Source: a virus
Lineage: Duplodnaviria; Caudoviricetes
Strand: one strand, 5' to 3'
Virus record (IMG/VR): IMGVR_UViG_3300020576_005257
Span: 170,928 to 234,927 of that record
DNA length: 64,000 nucleotides
The notes beneath the pieces are model-generated. The model saw only the letters and a list, made by a program, of their open reading frames with translations, had not been told where the DNA came from and did no database searches. The translations under genes and the position numbers were made by a program. This document shows, one piece after another, positions 55,623 to 64,000 of this stretch (the stretch's first letter is position 1; each line of letters opens with the position of its first letter).

Positions 55623-57680
55623 ATGAGCACATCTCTCCAACACGCACAAAAGCTTGATTTCAAGCCACTCAAAAATGCAATCCAGCTTCAATTTAATAAG
55701 ATGGTTGCTACTGGTCCAATCTTCCAGGCTGACATTGATAAAGATTATATCTATGAGCTTTATCTAGATTCTTTCCCAGACGGAACAAATCCTATGTTCA
55801 GGAACCGTACTGAACATGATTGTTCTTGTTGTAGGTCTTTCATCCGTAAGGCTGGAAGCATGGTTCAAATTGTTGATGGTCAACTAACTTCCATTTGGGA
55901 TATTAAGATTGACAGCCCATATCAGATTGTTGTTGATGCTTTGGCTGACTATGTTAAATCTCAAACAATCAACAACTTTTTCCTTCATACGGAAAATCTT
56001 ATTGGTACTGACCAAAACAGGGAGAATTTTGAGAATCAAATCCTAACTTGGCATCATTTCTCTATTCAACTTCCACCATCTTTGGTTTGTAAGGGTGAAG
56101 AAATTGGTCCTAGAACTTCAGAGTTTCGTGCTCAACACGATGTCCTTTTAAGATCTCTGAAAGAGATTGATGATCAGTCTATTGACATTGTTCTTGATCT
56201 AATAAGTCAAAACTCACTGTATCGGGGAGCTGAAAAGAAGAAAATTGTAGATGCTTTCTCTGAAATCAAAAAGCGATATACTAAGAAAGTACTTCAAGAA
56301 GGACAAAATGAAGATTTATTTGTTTGGAATGAAGTTGCTGGTCCTAATAATTGGGTCTGTAAGATCAAAAATGATGTTATTGGTACTCTTTTAAGTGATC
56401 TTTCTGAAGGTTATGATTTGGAAGATGCAGTCAAGAGCTTTGAAGATAAGGTCTCTGGTACTAACTACAAACGACCAACAGCTTTAGTTACTCCTAAAAT
56501 GAGGGATGACGCTAAGAAGGTAATTGAAGAACTCGGTTTATTACCATCTTTAGACCGACAATATGCAAAATTGGAACATATTAACATTCACAATGTCCTT
56601 TTTGCTGATAGGTCTATCAAGAAAAAACTTAATGGTGATGTCTTTGATGAAATTTCTGTCAAGACAGCAGAAGTTAAGAATCTTGACAAAGTTGAAGAAA
56701 TTACTATTGCTAAGTTCATTGCTGACGTTCTACCTAACATTGAATCTTTGGAAGTATTCTTTGACAATGATCATCAAAATCGATTAGTTTCTTTGATTGC
56801 TCCTTACGACTTCACAGCTAAGCAACTATTCAAGTGGGATAATCCCTTCTCTTGGAGCTATACAGGAGATGTTGCTGATTCTATTAAGGAAAGAGTCAAA
56901 GCAGCAGGTGGTAGAATTAATGCAGATGTATGCTGTAGACTAGCTTGGTCAAACTATGATGATTTGGATCTTCATATGACTGAAGATCTAGGTTACATCA
57001 AGAACCATATTTACTATTCATCAAGAAAATCTACTCATACTGGAGGACATCTTGATGTTGATATGAATGCTGGTCATGGTTCAACCAGAACTCCAGTTGA
57101 AAACATTTACTATCCTGATAGGAAGCAAATGAAGCCAGGTGTTTATACTTTATTTGTTCAGCAATTTTGGAGCAGAGAAACTGAGAATGTAGGTTTTGAG
57201 GTTGAACTAGAAGTTCTTGGAGAAACACATTATCTTTCTTATCCTAACGCAATGAGAAACAAGCAAAATGTTGAAGTTGCTAAACTGATTGTTGATAACA
57301 AAAACATTACAGTTCAATGTGCTCTTCCTTCTACCAAAGCCTCTAAGGATCTTTGGGGTCTCAAAACTGGTACCTTTATTCCAGTTGAAGCAGTTATGCT
57401 TTCTCCTAATTGCTGGGATGACAAAGAAATTGGTAATAAGCATTTCTTCTTCATGCTTAATGGTTGTAAGAACGATGGCTCAGCAAGAGGATTTTACAAT
57501 GAATTTCTTAGAGGTGAACTAGAACCTCACAGAAAAACTATGGAGCTTGTTGGCTCTAAGATGCGAACTGAAGAAGGCCAAGAACAGATGAGTGGTCTTG
57601 GATTCTCTTCAACTTTGGGAGGTTCTTTAGTTGTTAAAGTAAAGGGTTCCTTTACTAGAATGCTAAAGATTAATTTCTAA
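55623..57680 (+). CDS. Large phage protein with C-terminal YfaP/DUF2135-like domain
   Basis: HDCSCCRSFI, WHHF, NYKRPT; LAWSNYDDLDLH...GGHLDVDMNAG...PVENIY. Confidence 0.7.
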   Translation: MSTSLQHAQKLDFKPLKNAIQLQFNKMVATGPIFQADIDKDYIYELYLDSFPDGTNPMFRNRTEHDCSCCRSFIRKAGSMVQIVDGQLTSIWDIKIDSPYQIVVDALADYVKSQTINNFFLHTENLIGTDQNRENFENQILTWHHFSIQLPPSLVCKGEEIGPRTSEFRAQHDVLLRSLKEIDDQSIDIVLDLISQNSLYRGAEKKKIVDAFSEIKKRYTKKVLQEGQNEDLFVWNEVAGPNNWVCKIKNDVIGTLLSDLSEGYDLEDAVKSFEDKVSGTNYKRPTALVTPKMRDDAKKVIEELGLLPSLDRQYAKLEHINIHNVLFADRSIKKKLNGDVFDEISVKTAEVKNLDKVEEITIAKFIADVLPNIESLEVFFDNDHQNRLVSLIAPYDFTAKQLFKWDNPFSWSYTGDVADSIKERVKAAGGRINADVCCRLAWSNYDDLDLHMTEDLGYIKNHIYYSSRKSTHTGGHLDVDMNAGHGSTRTPVENIYYPDRKQMKPGVYTLFVQQFWSRETENVGFEVELEVLGETHYLSYPNAMRNKQNVEVAKLIVDNKNITVQCALPSTKASKDLWGLKTGTFIPVEAVMLSPNCWDDKEIGNKHFFFMLNGCKNDGSARGFYNEFLRGELEPHRKTMELVGSKMRTEEGQEQMSGLGFSSTLGGSLVVKVKGSFTRMLKINF

Positions 57681-57705
57681 AGTTTTTGCTAGGAAGAAAA
57701 TAACT

Positions 57706-58128
57706 ATGAACACTGATGATATGTTTGCATATGCTTCTAAAAGGAAGCTCCGATTTGATACCACCAAAGGTCAGATTTCGACTGAAGACCTTTGGGATCT
57801 TGAACTAACTAATTCTAGGCCCAACCAGTCTAGCTTAGATAGTATCGCTATTGCTTTGAATAAGCAAATCAAGGATACTGGAGAAGTTACTTCTTTTGTA
57901 ACTAATGTTACAAGTGAGAATAAAGAGCTTAAAACAAAGTTTGCTATTGTTCTCCACATTATTGAGCAGAAGAAGATTGCTGCTGATCGTATTGCGGCTG
58001 CTAATAACACTCGCCAGAGGAATCAGCGCATTATGGAACTTATTGAGCAGAAGAAGGATGGCGATCTTGCACAGAAGTCTGTTGAAGAGCTTACTGCCTT
58101 GCTTGCAGTTCCTGTAACTCTTGAATAA
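57706..58128 (+). CDS. Helical phage protein
   Basis: FAYASKRKLRFDTTKGQISTEDLWDL motif; coiled-coil C-terminus. Confidence 0.7.
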   Translation: MNTDDMFAYASKRKLRFDTTKGQISTEDLWDLELTNSRPNQSSLDSIAIALNKQIKDTGEVTSFVTNVTSENKELKTKFAIVLHIIEQKKIAADRIAAANNTRQRNQRIMELIEQKKDGDLAQKSVEELTALLAVPVTLE

Positions 58129-58139
58129 CTTCAAACCTT

Positions 58140-58436
58140 ATGGTAGGCCAGAATTTCTGGCCTACCATATTAGGACTTAATATGGCTTGTATTTCTAGAA
58201 CAAATGTACTTCCTTCAGGATTTTCTGATGTAGATTTTCATCATGAATTTGTAGATATCTACAATGAGGAAACTACTCAGTCTTGGGCTCAAGGAGTACC
58301 ACCTGCGCCCAGTGGTGCTGGTTTAGCTAATCAAAATATTCCTGCAATTATTGAGAAATATAAGCTAATAGATACTAAAAAGACTTATGTTCACTCAGTC
58401 TGTAAATATTGTGGAATAATTGTAGGTAAGAAATAA
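58140..58436 (+). CDS. Hypothetical protein
   Basis: HHEF...CKYCG Zn-binding pattern. Confidence 0.5.
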   Translation: MVGQNFWPTILGLNMACISRTNVLPSGFSDVDFHHEFVDIYNEETTQSWAQGVPPAPSGAGLANQNIPAIIEKYKLIDTKKTYVHSVCKYCGIIVGKK

Positions 58437-59726
58437 ATGGATAACAAAAAAATAGTCATTTTTGGTGGTGGAATCTTCGAAGATGTAAGACCACATTTAG
58501 CTTTAGCAGTAAGAGCATTTGGGCATACTGCCAGGAAACTCAATCAGATTTGTATCCAAAAAGCACAAAGCCTAGATACTGAACTAATTTTAACTAAAAT
58601 GGCCGATCCTCTTAATGGATTAATTGTAAATCGTTCTGATTTACTTAAAGCAGCAGAAGAAGTTATTGCAGACCCATTAACCAAGATTGTTTTCTTTAAC
58701 GCAGCTGTAGTAGATTTTGAACCTGGGTTTATTAACAGAGAAACCCAATCAGCCTCATTATTAGCTAGTAACTGGGAAGCTGCTCCTCCTGGAAGATTAA
58801 ATTCTCATTTTCGACATGTTTCAGAGTTAATTCCTGTTTCTAAAATCATATCAAAATTTAGGTATGAAGAAGGAGGTAGAAAAGATATTTTCCTAGTAGG
58901 TTGGAAAGCTACTTCTGGAGCTACTCCTCAACAACAATATGAACAAGGGTTAAATTTACTCAAAAAGAACTCTTGTAATCTAGTTCTAGCAAATGATATT
59001 GAAACAAGAAACTGTATGATTATTTGCCCAGAAGAAGCAGTGTATCACGAAAGCACAGATTTAGATTATGTACTGGAAAATCTTGTTGAGATGACATTAC
59101 TTAGATCTCATCTTACCTTTACTCGGTCTACGGTAGTAGCTGGTGAGTCTGTACCTTGGGATTCTGAACTAGTTCCCCAAACTTTAAGAGATGTTGTAGA
59201 CTATTGTATTGAAAGGGGAGCCTATAAACAATTTCTTGGAGTAACTGCTGGTCACTTTGCAGTGAAACTTTCTGATACTACATTTCTAACTTCTAGAAGG
59301 AAAACTGATTTCAACGATATGAAACAGGTTGGATTAGTTTTAGTAGAAACAGATGGCCCTGATACTGTTATTGCTTATGGATCCAAACCTTCAGTTGGAG
59401 GTCAATCTCAAAGGATAGTATTTGAACAACATCCACAGGATAACTGTGTGGTACATTTTCACTGTCCTTTAAGAGAAGGTTCACAAGTACCAGTAGCTTC
59501 TCAGAGAGAATATGAGTGTGGCTCACACGCATGTGGTAATAACACAGCTACAAATTTGAAACAATTTGGAAACTTGAAAGCAGTTATGCTTGATCAACAT
59601 GGTCCTAATATTGTTTTCAATAGCAACATTGATCCTCAAGAAGTAATTGACTTTATTGAAGCGAACTTTAATTTGGAAGAGAAAACTGGAGGATACCAAC
59701 TACCAAAAGTCTCTGAGAAAATCTAG
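58437..59726 (+). CDS. CoaB-like (phosphopantothenate-cysteine ligase fold) fused to class II aldolase-like domain
   Basis: FNAAVVDF, LVGWKAT, NLVLAND; then AGHFAVK..FLTSRR, KPSV, VVHFH, CGS, DQHG. Confidence 0.7.
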   Translation: MDNKKIVIFGGGIFEDVRPHLALAVRAFGHTARKLNQICIQKAQSLDTELILTKMADPLNGLIVNRSDLLKAAEEVIADPLTKIVFFNAAVVDFEPGFINRETQSASLLASNWEAAPPGRLNSHFRHVSELIPVSKIISKFRYEEGGRKDIFLVGWKATSGATPQQQYEQGLNLLKKNSCNLVLANDIETRNCMIICPEEAVYHESTDLDYVLENLVEMTLLRSHLTFTRSTVVAGESVPWDSELVPQTLRDVVDYCIERGAYKQFLGVTAGHFAVKLSDTTFLTSRRKTDFNDMKQVGLVLVETDGPDTVIAYGSKPSVGGQSQRIVFEQHPQDNCVVHFHCPLREGSQVPVASQREYECGSHACGNNTATNLKQFGNLKAVMLDQHGPNIVFNSNIDPQEVIDFIEANFNLEEKTGGYQLPKVSEKI

Positions 59727-59749
59727 TACTCTTAACTATAACCACTACT

Positions 59750-60373
59750 ATGGCACAACAAACTGGTCTTGATAAAATCTTTGGAACTCCTGCTGGAGGG
59801 ACTTCTGTACTCCTAGATGTTCTTAGTGGAATGTCTTCAAATGAAGCTATTGAAAAACAAGAAAAAGAAGGCCAAAAAGAAACTTTAAACTCTGACAGAA
59901 TAGCTAAAAAAGGAACCAAAAACCGGAAACTTTGGGAAAGTTTAGGTTTTGTCTTTGGTAAAGATATAGATGACTTGTTTGTTTCAGTAATCTTTCCTGA
60001 AGGTTGGAAGATAGATGCTACTGATCATAATATGTGGTGTAAACTTCTTGACGATCAGGGGAGACCAAGAGGAGCCCAGTTTTACAAAGCAGCTTTCTAT
60101 GATAGAGATGCCAGTATTCACTTGGATTCCAGATATCACATTGAAACCTGGCCTACAGATGTTGACAACAAAGTAACTGTCAACATTGTTGACAAAGCTA
60201 CTAATCAAAGTATTAGAAGCTTCCAAGTTGACAAACTAAACCCTGCTTTATTTTCTACTAAAGATGATTTTGAAAGAGACTGTTATAGAAAACGAAGTAC
60301 CCTAACTGAACAAGCACAAACTTGGCTTGATGAAAACTATCCAGATTATAAAGATCCATTAGCTTATTGGTAA
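59750..60373 (+). CDS. Hypothetical phage protein
   Basis: AIEKQEKEGQ, LGFVFG..DDLF, PEGWK..TDH, FYKAAFYDR. Confidence 0.7.
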   Translation: MAQQTGLDKIFGTPAGGTSVLLDVLSGMSSNEAIEKQEKEGQKETLNSDRIAKKGTKNRKLWESLGFVFGKDIDDLFVSVIFPEGWKIDATDHNMWCKLLDDQGRPRGAQFYKAAFYDRDASIHLDSRYHIETWPTDVDNKVTVNIVDKATNQSIRSFQVDKLNPALFSTKDDFERDCYRKRSTLTEQAQTWLDENYPDYKDPLAYW

Positions 60374-60379
60374 CTTACC

Positions 60380-61288
60380 ATGAATGAAGAAAAACAGACA
60401 TATAAAGAAATCTTAGCTAAATATCAGAAATCTTATATTAAGTATTTTGATAGACCATGGATGGTATTTACTTTATTTGTAGACTTTGTAATTAGTCAAA
60501 TTCTCTTTTATTGGTTTCTTTCTCCTGATTGGTTTGGTTCACCTTATTGGTTAAACCAAAGAGAATTTTGGGTTTCTGGTTGGTATATCAATATCCTCAC
60601 TTTAGCTATACCTCTTATTGCTTTTATTAATATTATTGATCTACTAGATGATTCTTTTCCTGACCTTTTTAAACCTATTGTAGGCCCTCTTGGTCTTCTT
60701 AGTATATATCTTTATAGACTGGAAGAAAGACAACTTGCTAGGAAAGAATTCAATGAGTTAAAATCTAATACTCCCAAATTTATGATTGTCAAATCAGAGA
60801 TGGGTTCTAAGCTAGTACAAGCTAGATTTAACTCTCTCAAGAAATCTATAGACGATCAGTATCGTAAAGTAGAAGATCAAATTGTTAAAATGATCGCTAT
60901 TAGGAAACGTCTTAAAGAGTCTACAGCTCCCGATAGCTTTAAACCTAGACGACAACATATTCTTGAACATGTTAACAAACAGATTGATGATCTATCTTCA
61001 GTAAAATCGGATCTGTTAAATCAACGTAATAAAATAGACATGGTTCTCTCTCAGTTTAATTTACAAGTTACTGAGTATCAAGATGCTTTACAAGTAGAGG
61101 CAGATCTATTTGCAATTTCTGATTCAATGATTATTGTTAATCAGTCAAAAGAATTAATCAAGTATACTAATGCTGATTTTGAAGCTCTCAAGTCTACCTT
61201 CTTAGATTCCCTTGATGGTATAAAAGAGAACTTTGAAGAAGCTAAGGCTCGTATTCCTGCAAGAGCAGAAATTTTATCACTGAACTAA
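60380..61288 (+). CDS. Membrane-anchored coiled-coil protein
   Basis: N-terminal TM segments then long heptad region. Confidence 0.7.
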   Translation: MNEEKQTYKEILAKYQKSYIKYFDRPWMVFTLFVDFVISQILFYWFLSPDWFGSPYWLNQREFWVSGWYINILTLAIPLIAFINIIDLLDDSFPDLFKPIVGPLGLLSIYLYRLEERQLARKEFNELKSNTPKFMIVKSEMGSKLVQARFNSLKKSIDDQYRKVEDQIVKMIAIRKRLKESTAPDSFKPRRQHILEHVNKQIDDLSSVKSDLLNQRNKIDMVLSQFNLQVTEYQDALQVEADLFAISDSMIIVNQSKELIKYTNADFEALKSTFLDSLDGIKENFEEAKARIPARAEILSLN

Positions 61289-61289
61289 T

Positions 61290-61964
61290 ATGGCATTCTT
61301 TAAGAAAAAAGTTACTCCACAACTACCAGCTAAGTCTAACTTAGACTATGGTACTAGTTTTGTTAAAGATCTTAATGCTAAGGACACTAAGGAAAACCCT
61401 AATTCTGAACTTAGTATTATTTCTTTAGAGAACAAACTTAGTACTTTAACTGGTCAAGAACTTATTAAAGAAATTCAATCTCATGCTAGTACAGTATCTG
61501 CTAAGTACCGTTCAATTGAAAGCAGAGTTGATAGTAAGATTGCGGAACTTTCAACTCAAAAAGATAAACTTATGTACCCGAAAACTTGGCAAAGCCTGCC
61601 TCAAGACGACTATAGAAATATAGTTACACATGATATCGTTTACAAACTAGTTTTTCGTAAAGACTATGTTACACGAAATCAACATGGGGAGAAAATCCGT
61701 TTCAAGAAAAATCAAACTATTGACATAGCTGGAGAAGACACTGTTTTGATTAATGGTGAACTATACTTCTTAGTTTATAGTTATGGTTATTTCTACTTTA
61801 AGGTGCCTGAGAAGCTAGTTAAAATTAAAGTCCCTAAAATACACCCAGAAACCCAAAGTTTGATTGATAAAGGTGATCTCTTCTGTCTTAATATGGTTAA
61901 TCATTTTTGGCCTAAAGTAACACAGTATTATTATAAACAAGGAAATAAAAATGAATTTCTTTAG
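61290..61964 (+). CDS. Coiled-coil protein, paralog of 61951..62820
   Basis: MAFFKKK..LPA; LSTLTGQELIKEIQ. Confidence 0.65.
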   Translation: MAFFKKKVTPQLPAKSNLDYGTSFVKDLNAKDTKENPNSELSIISLENKLSTLTGQELIKEIQSHASTVSAKYRSIESRVDSKIAELSTQKDKLMYPKTWQSLPQDDYRNIVTHDIVYKLVFRKDYVTRNQHGEKIRFKKNQTIDIAGEDTVLINGELYFLVYSYGYFYFKVPEKLVKIKVPKIHPETQSLIDKGDLFCLNMVNHFWPKVTQYYYKQGNKNEFL

Positions 61965-62820
61965 AAAGAAACCAGAGTCTCACCTACCTGCTGTAGTAAA
62001 ACAGAATACTATACTCCAACAGCCTCATATAATTAACAATATCCAAACTTTAGATTTAACTCATGAACATTCTTATTTAGCTACCAGATTAAACAGTTTG
62101 TCTGGAGACGAGTTAATTTTAGAAATTCAAAAACAATCTAAGATTGTTGAAGCGAAATATGAATCTATTAAAGACAGAATAAAAACAAAGATTAATGAAC
62201 TAAAGTTACAAGAAACTAAGCTTTCTGATATTAAGCTTAAAATAGCCTATAATCCTGACATTGTTGATCCAGATCGAACTACTATTATTAATAGCTTGCA
62301 AAGTAAGATTGCTAGCTGTCAGAAAGAATTAAGAAATCAGTTAGCTGAAGCAAATGGTTATCAGTGTGATTTTGCTAAAAAAGTTTCTACAATTGTAACT
62401 ACAATAGAAGTTGATAGGGATTTAGTTGAATTAATGAATACTCAAGATATGATTACTGAAGCTGAAAACTTTATTATCAGTAATAAGAATGCTTTCCATC
62501 TTTTGCAGCAAGCGCAACAAGTTATGGTTGAAGCATTGGAAGCTAAAACCCAAGATCAGATTAATACTGTGGAAGCAAGACATGAAGTTATTCTTCTTCA
62601 TAGAACAGCAGAAGATGTTTCTGATTTGAAAGAGTTACCTGTTGTAATACCAGACAAAAAACCAAAACAAGAAGGAGCATATTATAAAAGAAGGCAAGGT
62701 GTTGTAAAACCAAAACCTTCCGACTTTGAATTTCAACCAACAACTACTACTTATTCTCAATCAGCAACTTGTATGACTGAATCTCAAGCTGCTATGTCTA
62801 ATTCAAAGGCATCAGAATGA
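61951..62820 (+). CDS. Coiled-coil protein, paralog of 61290..61964
   Basis: MNFFRKK..LPA; LNSLSGDELILEIQ. Confidence 0.65.
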   Translation: MNFFRKKPESHLPAVVKQNTILQQPHIINNIQTLDLTHEHSYLATRLNSLSGDELILEIQKQSKIVEAKYESIKDRIKTKINELKLQETKLSDIKLKIAYNPDIVDPDRTTIINSLQSKIASCQKELRNQLAEANGYQCDFAKKVSTIVTTIEVDRDLVELMNTQDMITEAENFIISNKNAFHLLQQAQQVMVEALEAKTQDQINTVEARHEVILLHRTAEDVSDLKELPVVIPDKKPKQEGAYYKRRQGVVKPKPSDFEFQPTTTTYSQSATCMTESQAAMSNSKASE

Positions 62821-62999
62821 TCATTGATGGTAACAAACATGACATAGGTGATACTGAGTGTACTGCTTGTTGGGGTAATTATCCTAAACCATGCCAATGT
62901 GGTGGCTTAATCCATGCATCTTTTGGAGATGAAACTTGGGATGGATACTGGCTTTATTACAAATGTGATAAATGTGGTAGTACAGAATCTGATGATTAA
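62817..62999 (+). CDS. Small Cys-rich Zn-ribbon protein
   Basis: CTAC, CQCGG.IH, CDKCG. Confidence 0.6.
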   Translation: MIIDGNKHDIGDTECTACWGNYPKPCQCGGLIHASFGDETWDGYWLYYKCDKCGSTESDD

Positions 63000-63013
63000 G
63001 AATATTTTATTTC

Positions 63014-63976
63014 TTACAAACCTAAACCAAGTCCGTAAGCGTAGCCTCTAGTTCCTTGAGTGGATCCTGTAGAGAAAACCAAAAATGGAATTCCTAGTTT
63101 GTAACAAACAGATTTTAAATCAGCAAACCATCTAGCAGCACTTCCATCGTCAAACCCAAACTGTTTGAAGATACCAGCTTCTGTAATTAGGAATTCAGTA
63201 CCAGTTGCAATACAATCACGTAAGATTGTTTCCATACTTAATTTATTGAAACCTACTGCTTTCTGGAGTTCTTGTTTTCCACGTTCCGTAATTCTTGGAG
63301 AGTCTTTAACAATTCTATCAGCTACTTCTTGAGTTAGAGGATATGGTATAGGTGCATCAAGTCCTAGTTCTGAAGTCCACCAATGGGTAACTACAAATGG
63401 TTCATAAAATCCTACTCTTGCTACAGTATTTGTAGCTGGTAGTTTATATCCAACTAAATCACTTGGATTTGACCAATTTTTAGTTGAGCAAACAAACATC
63501 AATGTTGGGTAGGTTTTACGTAGCTCTCCAATAAGGTAAGATTGCATATTGAACTTTAAAGTTGAATCTATGTTTCCTGGAGCTTCAACATCCATAGCAT
63601 AAGCAAACGTTTTAGAAAAGGGTAAGGTTCCTGCTATACTAAGAATTCTTTGGTGGAATCTAAGCTGTTCAGCCCAGGTTGCTGGGTCTTGCTTACTTTC
63701 GTAATGAGCTTTATCTCTCCCATGATCTCCAACAAGAAGAGTTGAAGTCCCTGGTAGAACTGAAAACCTAAGAAGAATGTCAACTACAGCTTTTAGTTGA
63801 GCATCACTAAAGTCTGTTCTAGGCATAGCACATAACTTCTTATGAGTTTTATGGATTTTAATTAACCTAGCATCAGTGTATTCAGCTGATATTCTCTCAG
63901 GAGTCCACTCTTTCTTAAGCGATAGTATCTCGTCTGTTGCGCCAAGTACTCTAGAAGTCATTATAGGGTGCTTCAT
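63014..63976 (-). CDS. Divergent GH5-like glycoside hydrolase fold protein
   Basis: GFYEPFVVTH...PYP and ITEAG...WFADL...LGIPFLVF match GH5 C-terminal strands; NEP motif degenerate (VEAP). Confidence 0.55.
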   Translation of the reverse strand: MKHPIMTSRVLGATDEILSLKKEWTPERISAEYTDARLIKIHKTHKKLCAMPRTDFSDAQLKAVVDILLRFSVLPGTSTLLVGDHGRDKAHYESKQDPATWAEQLRFHQRILSIAGTLPFSKTFAYAMDVEAPGNIDSTLKFNMQSYLIGELRKTYPTLMFVCSTKNWSNPSDLVGYKLPATNTVARVGFYEPFVVTHWWTSELGLDAPIPYPLTQEVADRIVKDSPRITERGKQELQKAVGFNKLSMETILRDCIATGTEFLITEAGIFKQFGFDDGSAARWFADLKSVCYKLGIPFLVFSTGSTQGTRGYAYGLGLGL

Positions 63977-64000
63977 TCTTTTTATCCAATATTAATAGAG

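Noticed and set aside
1-64000. Genome-wide stop-codon reassignment
   Set aside because: Long conserved genes are intact under the standard code and coding density is high; TGA and TAG end genes at sensible positions
1-64000. CRISPR array
   Set aside because: No regularly spaced 25-45 bp repeats seen

Overview
Window of a large lytic myovirus-type (contractile-tail) bacteriophage genome, AT-rich, standard genetic code. 1-25.2 kb (minus strand) is the virion morphogenesis block: tail chaperone, three tube-fold paralogs (one ending in a Hint domain), two sheath paralogs, neck proteins, HK97-type major capsid, scaffold, prohead protease, holin-like gene, portal, and terminase with an intein. 25.3-29.1 kb (plus) is a 1260-aa single-chain, highly divergent two-barrel RNA polymerase. 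29-36.5 kb (minus) holds rmlA/rmlB, a small tRNA cluster including an endonuclease-interrupted tRNA, a dockerin-like protein suggesting an Armatimonadota-type host, and structured non-coding DNA. From about 36.8 kb (plus) is an early-type region with a second, paralogous RNA polymerase split into two genes, a cluster of aberrant tRNAs (one with a UCA anticodon) and unknown structured RNAs, then accessory genes (SLOG, phosphatase, macrodomain, AlkB, CoaB-aldolase fusion). The main candidate novelty is a self-contained transcription system: two paralogous minimal RNAPs with beta-prime-before-beta order, plus a candidate late promoter (CCTCTATW) and candidate early motifs. All family calls come from motif recognition by eye; no searches were run.
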